This document shows positions 47,401 to 56,988 of a stretch of DNA of 64,000 nucleotides, piece after piece. The position numbers and the translations under genes are program-made. The DNA lies in assembly GCA_964270895.1 (NCBI GenBank), contig OZ185440.1; one strand, given 5' to 3'. Source of the DNA: Podarcis filfolensis. Lineage: Eukaryota. The number at the start of each line of letters is the position of its first letter. Positions within the stretch are counted from its first letter, which is position 1. The notes below the pieces were generated by a model that worked only from the letters and a program-made list of their open reading frames with translations, was not told the DNA's origin and did no database searches.

Positions 47401-50400
47401 CACTAATACATTGTCTTCTTCCCCTCATTTATCTGGATCCAAGTCAATGATTTAGCCCCTTAAGAGTTATATATTCTAAACCATTTGCTGCTTTTAACAG
47501 AAATGCAAAGTATTTTTAAGAGGGGAAAAACCTACAGAAGTAACATAGGGACCCAAAGACAGGTTCAAATGTAAGAACATATACATACTGCATTACCCCA
47601 AAAGACATAATTAGTCTATATTAGGGTTTCTCCATGCTTAAAAGCAGGGACAAATAATGTTTCCACTGTAAAGAGGCAGACATGTACCAAGAACTAAGGA
47701 ACTGGTTGCCTCTAAGTACACATCTCAGAACAGGAAGATATTATAAGAGCAGAACTGAGCTCACAATCCTTTCACATAAAAATTCATCCTTAATTCCCCT
47801 TAATTACTTTTTTCAGTAGCATAATATGGGGAGCCCTTTTGGTTTGCTGGTAAACAGTTGGAGTCAGAAACTGTTGCAGTTCTATTGCAAAAAATCCAGA
47901 GGTACTCCCTCCCGTGCCTCTGCTTTAAAGGATTTAGAGCATAAATGTTCACGAAACTCTATTTGTTGACCCTGGTTTATTAGAGTGGTGCATTTATTTT
48001 TTACTTAAGCTGTATTATCGTAACAAGAGTACTGAATTTCTTAAAAGTTGTTTAAGCTAACACCACCTGCCTATAATTTGCACTTTTCATTTCACATGGT
48101 TTATTGCATCCAGAGTATTCAACCTTGTTCAGGAGTAAGGTCACTAGCTAAACTGGACAACTGGAATTAATTCAAGAGTTAAGATCTCACTCAGATTCTA
48201 TTCTAAACAAAGAGATTGAACGAATTCATAGTACTATTTGAATCAGTTACGTTTCTACCCCGTACATAGGAAGACAAGTAGGTTATGAATCAGATAGCTT
48301 CAGTGAGCAAAAACCAGGGCCTTGGTTTGTAATCACAAGGAGGACCATTTGTTTCTACTGTGATTTGTTAATTAAAATTCAAGAAATCCATAGGCTAAAT
48401 AGTCAACTCAAACCTAAGGAGTTTACCTAGCATGATATTAGTGAGATATTATGGATGGTATTCCTCTTTGCAGTCAGATATCCTCAAGAAACATCCTTAT
48501 AGAAAGCAATTCTTCTTTGATTCCCAGATGACTAAAACTGTCAATACAGGAATAACCAGATGAAATATTGCCAATATCCCCCTTCCCAAGGAAAATGTAT
48601 AGATTTGAGACCTAATACCTAGGTAAGGAATTATTGCAACGTGTACATTTTCATATACCTGGAACCTACAAGCCCAGTAACTTAAGGCTGCCTGATAGTT
48701 ATGATATGTGGGGGGGGGGTTTCTAGTTCGCCTTTTCTTTTAAGCTGTAAGACTCTTGTATCAGTTATGTACCAAACATGAATGTGGCAAGTAAAACATT
48801 TATGGGAACTACAAGAATTTTCCTACTGCAGGAATAAAAAGAAACTCTGAGAAGATACTGAAGTTCAAACTTGGACCTACAATTAATGTTCATATCATTA
48901 TTATTAAATAACAAGTGTGACCAATTGTTTCTCCATTAAAATATAAAACATAGCATGTGAAATTTACCCAAGTTGAACATTAGGGTTTCAACTCCTTTCT
49001 ACCACAAGTCAAATAATTTAAATTTCTAATAAATCTGTCACATCAAGAATGCATAATACATGCTTGCATATGCCATCAGGAGAAAGCTGCAGTTTACTCT
49101 CATAACAAAAGATTTCATCCCAGTACTGCCTACACTACAGGAATGAACTTCTGTAAAGAAAAGATAAGGGCTTTCTTAAATTGTCTTTCTTCCTTGTGGC
49201 AGCACATTGCGAACGCAACACACAGTTACAAGTTGCAGCTCAAGAACATGATTTTCATCCAACAAACAATTTGTTGGGTATATAGATAGGCTTATGGTTG
49301 CAGCAAATGTGCAAACCAACCCGCTTTTTATGTTGATGGCAATAACTCTACCTGTATCAAATGACCTGTTGGAACTTTGAGAGACTGGTATACTAGCAAT
49401 AGCATTAAAAGTGGGCTGGTTTGTACACAGCACTAAAATATAGCTTAGTGCTACATGGGATAAGAATGAAAAAAGCTTCAGGTTCACAGACTCCCGTTCT
49501 AGTTAACAGTGATTTAAAATAAGCCAGCTTCATAACCCATGGTTTGAAATTAGCTCGCTCCGAGAAGTCAGAAATTATGGAAAGTGAACCAAAACACTGA
49601 GGAAATCTTTCTCCCAACTGCATGGAAGCAGAGGAACAAGAGACCTCAAAGCTTTACTCAGGCTCATTTCAATTCATACGTGTAAAACTAAACCGCTGTT
49701 GTGCGTGTACAAGTTGAATAAGAAAGTATTACTGAGCAGATTGCTCATTTCCAAATATTTTAATAGCTTGGGAACAGCAACGACCAATTAAGTGGAAGAG
49801 CTTCTTTCGAATCATGAGAATGAAGAAGCACTTCAGAAAACCTTATACACTATATGAGAAAAAATTAATGCTTGGAACTAGACAAAAAATCACTTTCATG
49901 CTGTGCATGGGAGGTCAGTGATAGTGCATCCTAAAGATTAACTATGAAGAATGTAATAAAATAAAACCACTTCATGTGCAGCATGCTGCCCCAAACTGAA
50001 TATAAATAAAAATGTAATAAATGGGCACCAGTCATGCCTAATACAGGCTTCAAATCATCTTCATTTCTTAACAGCATGCCAGTAATACAAAATGCTCTAC
50101 AACACAGTACATATGTACATACATACATAATCAGGCTACTATAATGAAGCAGACAAACTGGTAAAAAGGTATGTTCCTTCTAATCAACAATTCCTAACCA
50201 AGCTGGTGCAGCAATAAAACTGCTAGCACATTTGCAAAGCTAAGCTGGGTCCAATATGGTTTCAAATTAGATGGAGCACCACCTGTTGAAATTCCTGCAT
50301 TGCAGAGGGTTGGACTAGATGACTCATGGTCCCTTCTACAATTCTTTGATTCTATGAGTATGATCACCACTTTGGAGGATTTGCTTTATTATTATTTCTG

Positions 50401-53400
50401 CAGGAGTGTGTGTGTGTGTGTGTGTATCAAATTACACACTTTCCATGGGACTTGTAAGCTTGAGAGTTAGTGTGGTGTAACTGTTAAGAGTATCAGACTA
50501 GGACCTGAAACTTGAATGCCCACTTGGCTATGAAGCTTACTGGGTGACCATAGGCCGGCCACTGCCTCTTAGCCCAACCTACCTCACAGGGTTGTTGTGG
50601 GGAATAAATGAGGTGGGAGAGAGCTATGTACACCATCTTGAGCTCCTTAGAGAATAAGGTGTTCTAAATTGCAACAAATGATTAATGTATTTAACGTAAG
50701 CAGTAGTGCACACAGTGACAAAGGTTTTCTGGAAAACTAGGGTAATATGCATAGGTTAATTTTCCATTTCCACAAAAAAAAAAAATATTTATGCCCAGGA
50801 GCATGGGTGGTGGACAATCTAGCCTGTGGGCCAATCTTGTCCTGTCAGGAGGTTCAAGTTGGTCCATGAGGTCATTTTCCTGAAACCACACTGCCTGCCT
50901 ATCAGCTGACAATAGTTGTGATGGCATCTAATGGGCTTGAGGATGGGGTTGATTTAACACATTCCTGTTCCGAGCAAGGAATGAATCTACAGCCAAAGCA
51001 GCAAGATTTAACCCCTACTTGTGAGCCGAAAATTGTGGGGGGGGGGCCCGCATTCCTGATTCTGGAAGGGTTTTGCATGGAACTCCCTGATAAAACAGAG
51101 CGGGGGATTTGTTTTAGCAGAAACCGCTTCCTGGGGTTTAGCCTTCCCAGAATGCAGGAAAATACTTTTTAATTTTAGCTGCACCTTTGGGACTTTAAAG
51201 CACTTTGCATCATTGTGACATCAAGTGGTTGATGGCTTCTGATAAAAATCTAGCTCACGGAGCCAAAAAGGTTCCTCAACACCTGCCCTAGAGAGTCATC
51301 TAATCATGTTTATTTTACTTGTATTTAGTAAACAAAAGGCAAAAATTCTGAAACTGCCAAGCATGCCTAATATTGTATTTGCAATTGATATCCATAATGA
51401 AAGAAAAGCTCTGGAACTTTTTCCACCCTACATAAAACCAAATAATGCTGTTTTCCTAATAAAATACATGCAGTCATCATGACTGTAAAAGCTTGTGCAT
51501 TTGCTACGATTCTATTTTGCTTCAAGTTAAATTACAGCACACATCTGCAAGAAACTGAAAAGACTGGTATCAATAGGTAAGTAACATGTTTATTAGTCAC
51601 CCGCCCAGAAAATTAACCTTAATCCAAATTGTATTTGTTGCAGTTAGTTTTTGCTTAGTTTATACTAAAATGTATCCTTTTTGCATATGGTAAATGGCTA
51701 ACTGTTCATCAGAACATTATAGGCAACTGAGGTTTTGGTATAAGCAAAATCTGTGTTGTTTTATGCATATTGAATGTTTTGCACCATCCATTCTTCACTT
51801 TTAGGATCTTACCCCATATATACCCACTCAATTGCTTCAATTTGCAGAACTGGCACTGTTACAGGTGCCACGTAATACTCATTCCACACTTGTAGTAATC
51901 AATCTTTTAGTGGCAGCACCTACAGTTTGGAACTCCAGGCCTGACAGGTTCCTTCGTTGTATTCCTCTGTGCCTGCTTAAAGCATTTCTGTTTAGACAAC
52001 TCTATCCATAAATGTAGAACCTACATGAGATTTCTGTCTTTTGGCTACTGTGGCTTTAATAATCTCTGAATGTTTAAATAACATGTTTTAAATAAAGGAT
52101 TTTAATGTTGTATGTTAGGTAAAGTTACCCATGACTGTTAGGTCCAGTCGCAGACAACTCTGGGGTTGTGCGCTCATCTCGCTCTATAGGCCGAGGGAGC
52201 CGGCGTTTGTCCGCAGACAGCTTCCGGGTCATGTGGCCAGCATGACTAAGCCGTTTTGGGTGAACCAGAGCAGCACACGGAAATGGTGTTTACCTTCCCG
52301 CTGGTGCGTTACCTATTTATCTACTTGCACTGCATGCTTTCGAACTGCTAGGTGGGCAAGAAGTTCTCTTAAATTAATTTAAATAAACTTTTTTTGGCAT
52401 AATGCTTTCACTAATCACTTTGTTATATTGTAGATCATTTCCCATCATTTTGGGCCTTTTAAGCTATGAATTAAGCAAAAGGTCAGGATTTTAAAGCCCT
52501 GAACAAACCAACAGGGTATGAAGTCTACACCTTTTAATGCACCCAGACAGGAAAAAACCTTCATGAAATTGTCCATGTCCATAAAAGTTTAGCTCAGGGA
52601 TGGGGAACCTCTTACCCTCTTGGCATGGCCTATTGTCAGGGATGGAAGGTGTAGTCCAGCAACATCTGAAGGGCCACAGGTTCCCCATCCCAGATTTAGC
52701 CCATGAGATCAGTGAGGCTACATAAAACTACATTAAAAAAACAAAAACGTTTAGCACTTTTTCCCTGTTCACCCAATGGCTGACAGAACAAAGTCTCTTG
52801 TAAATTCTTGAGGGTGACAGGAGACGGCAGAACATTCCTCAACACCTAGGACAAGCAACAAAAAGCTAAGTTAACATCTTCCCACCAAGGTAACATTTAA
52901 TAAAAAGGAGACTGTCCAGCCAGTTTTTTGTTGCCTGCTGTGGTTGTAAGACCATGAGTTTCAGGCTGCCTTGCAGTTAAGTTAGTACAGCAAAGGGCCC
53001 AAAAGGCTTTAATGAAATATTAACGCATATTTCCTCAAGTAAACTACTACAAAGGAATTAAAAAGGTTCTGAAAAGTAACTTACTGTGAGCTTTTGTAAA
53101 AAAAACATCCTTTTTGAGAGTAAATCCTCTTTCTTATCTCACTGACCTATGACATTATTAACTTTTCATACAACACCGTCAACCTATTATTGTGGCTTGC
53201 AGTCTTAAGATATGTACAAACAGGGGTTTTTCTCTAATAAAAGCAAGTCAGGAAGCCCACAATAGTATTATTCAGGGTATTTAAATTTTCACTTTGGGTG
53301 GTATCCAGTGGAGACTGTCAGCAGACAAAAGGGAATCTGTCAATGGAAGGGAGAGAAAAGTTTTATTAATCTCCCATTCCCCCTAAGGTACCCCACACAC

Positions 53401-56400
53401 TATCTAAATCTGCTCCAGAAGGTTGGGGGAGCAGAAATAATTAAAAATAACCTTTCAACAGCTGATAGTCACCACTGGACACCATCCACTGAAAAAAATG
53501 GCCAACAAGGCTGGTAGAGAAGCTGGTTTCCTTCTAACACCATTACATTTGGATAAGAGAGAATACAGCATGACTCCTTCTTCTATGTACTGTGTTCCAC
53601 TTTATAAAAGTAAAACCACCAGGGAAAGGAAATTAGAAGTTTCCACTATCAAATACTGCAAAGAGAAAGGAGCTATCTACCTTCCCAATACAAGCTGTCT
53701 TTACATGAACAAGGCAATCTACCTCAGATACTCCCCAAGTGTAATTTAGGAAGATGAGTCTTATTTCTATATTGTGCACATTTTTAAACATTAGTTTACT
53801 CCTCTCATTTCCACAAGAAGGGCCACATTCTGCACAGTAGCAAAAGACATGCTCTCAGAAGGCAAGAGTAGACTGTACTTTTCCAGTAGTGGTTTTTTGA
53901 TGGGATAGCTCTGGGAAGAAACATATTCTTTTTAAGAACAAAGTTCAGTCTCTTGTGCTCTCTCGTCTCTCAGCAGTAAGTTTAAGTAAATGTTTAGTCA
54001 CTGTTGATATTAATGAAACAAACCACTATCCAAAAAGGATCTGTTCAGCAGGGAGTGGGGAAAATGATTCTGTTTTCCACCACAGTAAAAGACTAGCATT
54101 TGAGTTTTTATTGCTCAGAAAAGCACAGCCCTATGCAAAGGCAGTTTTGCTTAAAGTGGTATTTTGTTGTTGTTTTTCTCAGCTAACCATTGCTAAAGAA
54201 AGGAACTGATGCCTCAGAAATTGACTGTTTTTTCCCCTGGAGATATTTAAAGAAAGGATATGCAAGTTGACCCCAAGATTCCCTTTTATTTAAAAGAAGC
54301 AGATCATCTCACTGGAAAACTATTTAATTTAGTTTTTAGAACTATTCCAGTTCTGTTTCATTAGCCCTCTCTGTTATATTAAAATATTTTGCTTCCATTT
54401 TCTAGAAGAGGAAAGAAACTAGTGGAAACCAGCAACTCTCACTGTGTTTCCAAATAGCTTATCAAGATACTGCCAAACACTGTTCTTTTGTCCTGCCACT
54501 ATGAGGCATGACTGGCTGGAACTAGAGGCAAAGACTGTTCTGTGGTGACTCCAACCTTACAGAATTAGCTTAAAAGTCACCTTAAACCAACCCACACATA
54601 CTTCTCAACATTCCAGAAAGATAGGTATTCTAGCCTAAATTAGTTCCAAGGTGCTTCAACAATACAAGTTCTTGTGACCCAAGATTCCACAGTCAAATTT
54701 ATTCCATTTGGAAATTTACCTTAAAAAGTTCATACCAGATTCACTTGGGCTACAATCCCATGTCCACATATCTGGAAATAAGCACCAATGAACGCAATGG
54801 AACTTACTTCTGAGCAGACATATTATGCCATCAGTCTTTTAATGTACCTTTTAACTGTTTTTTTAAAAGTTAGATAAACTGTTACAAAAATCTAAAATTA
54901 TGTATCTGTCATAGACTATATATTTAGCTGTATTTAATTTCTTTTGAAAGATGACCCGGCAGAAATTTTTGGAATTGAACAAGGATTCCAGTTGTCTCTT
55001 TCAAAAGTTGACGTTGGGAGTAAAATATTCTGTTTGCTTAAAAACTGAAGAACACTAATATTACTGAGGGAAGATGGCCTGGCTGCCAAAGAATGTTTCC
55101 TAGGAATAACGACAAATTCAGTAATACCAATGGATACTTACTTCTTGCTGCGCTCTTCATGGCCATTGGCACTGCTCAATTTGTTCTCATCCTAAGCAGG
55201 GTTGATAGAAGAACATCGTGAGGACGAAGTGGAAACATTTCAAGTGGTCAAAAGGGTAATGGGAATAGGGATAAGAAAATACAAAACAAAAATTTTAATA
55301 CTAAAATTATTTTACATTTAATATGGAGTGCTACTAGTTAATGTAGACTTGTTTAACCACTTTGTTGCTTATAGTTAAGTCATACAATTACAAATACAAG
55401 AATTACTATTAAAAAATATATTTAAATCGTACAAGCTTCCTTACGTGACTTTAAAGTTATCCTGAAGTTTTCAGCACTCAAGTGGTTAAATAAATAAAAT
55501 GTAAAAAGAAATTTCACGTTTAAAACATTTTCATGTACTATAATCCCTTTGACCAGTACCAAGGCTATATCTCTGCCTAAGCCCCAAGTGGCCATGCTAG
55601 CAGCCAGCCACTATCGATTTCCTGTGACCGATGCCAGTCCTGAGATCTTCGCCCATTTTCGTTGGAGGGTTGGGACTGTAAGAGCTTGATGCCACCTCTG
55701 TCACACATCTCGCCCTGAAGCAAACAGGGATTCACACTGCTTTAGTAACGTCGACTCCCAAGTCAGTCATCAATAATCCAACCAGTCCAGCCTAAATATT
55801 CCCTATTTCCATACCTGTTTACATGGAAAATATCCATGTTAAACTAGCACACAAGATTCTTAACATTACAAATTATGATTTGTTTCAAAATGTTACATAG
55901 CTAATAAATATTACATAAAACTACACATGAAAATTTAAAAGGTTACAAACACTTGTTCAAAACTCATACCGCATAGCTGTACTAAACATACTTCAAAATG
56001 AACTAATAGTTGCTGTTATGTTTATTGTAGTTATCACACCAGTTACACCATGAGTTCAACTGCTACATTACTTAATTTTTTGTATATAGATTTGTGAAGC
56101 CAGTGCTACTGCATGCATAATTTAATAGTTTCACCAATATCCAGTGAAAAACTAAATACATTTGCTGCCTGTTTAGATCTAGAAGCTAGGTATTAAATAT
56201 TCAGAAATGTAGAAAATTATATCAAAGTTGCTAAATTAAATAAATAGAAGAGTACTCTTTCACAACGAACGGTAGACTGCAACAATATTTTGTTTTACTA
56301 TTACTAAAATGTGAACTATTCAGGGATCCAAGAATTTTTGGAAAGGTCTTTCGCACAACAGTTAATTGCCTCCTGTTCTGTTAAAGATTAATCACCCGTC

Positions 56401-56988
56401 TATCTTTTTTTTTTTAAAAAAAGAGGTCACTCTTCTTCCATTAAGCAGTCTAAGTATTTGCTTGCCATGAACTTGGGGAAGAGATTATTCTTGGAACCCT
56501 GCTATTTGCCCAAACCACTGCATTCACCTTGTTGCTAATCCAAAATTGAGCTGGTAGTTTTTAGGAGTGTTTTCCGTTTGTTTGTTTTTTTTGTTTTTAC
56601 CTAGGGGGACCACGGTANNNNNNNNNNNNNNNNNNNNNNNNNNNNNNNNNNNNNNNNNNNNNNNNNNNNNNNNNNNNNNNNNNNNNNNNNNNNNNNNNNN
56701 NNNNNNNNNNNNNNNNNNNNNNNNNNNNNNNNNNNNNNNNNNNNNNNNNNNNNNNNNNNNNNNNNNNNNNNNNNNNNNNNNNNNNNNNNGCATATAGTTA
56801 CTCGTAAGATACACGTAACGCACGTCCAATAAGATAAATCATGAGGGCTCCGGGGATGTTAGTTTACAGTTCAGCAGTAGTTTCATGAATAATGCTAAAT
56901 GAATAGTGATAAAGCCCTTATTAGCATATTTTCTCACCTTCTTATAAGGAGCTTCAAGCATTGCTTCAATATCAATATCATCAGCCAT
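31010..56988 (-). CDS. RBM39: RNA-binding protein 39 (CAPER-alpha; RS domain, 2 RRMs, UHM), 16 coding exons, 522 aa
   Basis: Exons: 56988-56938, 55191-55142, 46549-46355, 45698-45633, 45542-45489, 43231-43114, 40736-40584, 39648-39511, 38812-38747, 37753-37549, 36895-36818, 35654-35622, 34035-33960, 33848-33743, 32425-32347, 31110-31010 (1569 nt, frame intact, all GT-AG). Reads MADDIDIEAMLEAPYKK DENKLSSANGHEERSK, RS repeats, ARTVFCMQLAARIRPRDLEEFFSTVGK, PMRLYVGSLHFNITEDMLRGIFEPFG, GNVYVKCPSIAAAIAAVNALHGRWFAG, ending QLLVPARR*. Confidence 0.98.
31426..31748. mobile_element. hAT-type MITE
   Basis: TIRs CAGGGGTTTTCAACCAGTGTGC / GCACACTGGTTGAAAACCACTG plus subterminal inverted GGCACC..TTGAATGATGGTCAGG. 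Confidence 0.85.
32650..32830 (-). mobile_element. L2-group LINE 3' fragment
   Basis: Minus strand decayed LDHATVFQAFVTS..LP..KLQLVQN. Confidence 0.6.
32912..33040. mobile_element. Fold-back hAT-type MITE, diverged copy
   Basis: CAGAGATGGGGAATCTGTGG...TACAGGTTCCCCATC with inner GACTACAATTCCCATCATC. Another partial copy at 52595-52693. Confidence 0.7.
33368..33534. mobile_element. Tc1/mariner (Tigger-like) MITE
   Basis: TA|CAGTCGTACCTCGG ... TGAGGTACCACTG|TA. Confidence 0.85.
35930..36660 (+). mobile_element. L2-group LINE 3' fragment containing a (TAC)n microsatellite
   Basis: Decayed TACAATGTGCTCTATGTGGGG...AAGCTCCAGCAGGTGC...CACTGGCT...TTCAAGGTTCTTG..AAAGCCCTTAAC pattern, similar to the 22600-22720 segment. 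Confidence 0.6.
36118..36165. repeat. (TAC)n microsatellite
   Basis: Seen directly. Confidence 0.95.
38147..38350. mobile_element. Tc1/mariner (Tigger-like) MITE
   Basis: TA|CAGTTGTACCTTGG ... ATATGACTG|TA. Confidence 0.75.
41386..41442. repeat. (GA)n microsatellite
   Basis: Seen directly. Confidence 0.95.
42043..42899. mobile_element. Non-autonomous hAT element with GC-rich internal repeats
   Basis: TIRs CAGACATGTCCAA / TTGGTCGTGCCTG; 8-bp TSD gtgtatgt / gtctatgt (7/8); subterminal TAGATC repeats. A related right end (GTTGGACATGCCTG) lies at about 41625-41696. Confidence 0.8.
44771..45106 (+). mobile_element. Full-length Sauria SINE with 12-bp TSD
   Basis: GGGATACGGGTGGCGCTGTGGGTTAAACC...GGTTCGAATCCCC...CTTTACCTT, flanked by TACTTATAGCTC at 44759-44770 and 45107-45118. 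Confidence 0.92.
50466..50680 (+). mobile_element. CORE/MIR-like SINE, diverged
   Basis: GTGTGGTGTAACTGTTAAGAGT...GGGTGACCATAGG...CCTACCTCACAGGGTTGTTGTG. Similar copy at 59388-59580. Confidence 0.7.
52115..52362 (-). mobile_element. 5'-truncated Sauria SINE
   Basis: Reverse complement of the 3' two-thirds of the 44771-45106 element. Confidence 0.85.
56618..56789. other. N-run (172 N) in RBM39 intron 2
   Basis: Seen directly. Confidence 0.95.

Noticed and set aside
54253-54261. ATATCCTTT (U12 AT-AC donor consensus) in RBM39 intron 3
   Set aside because: No adjacent exon or U12 branch point found; frequency compatible with chance.
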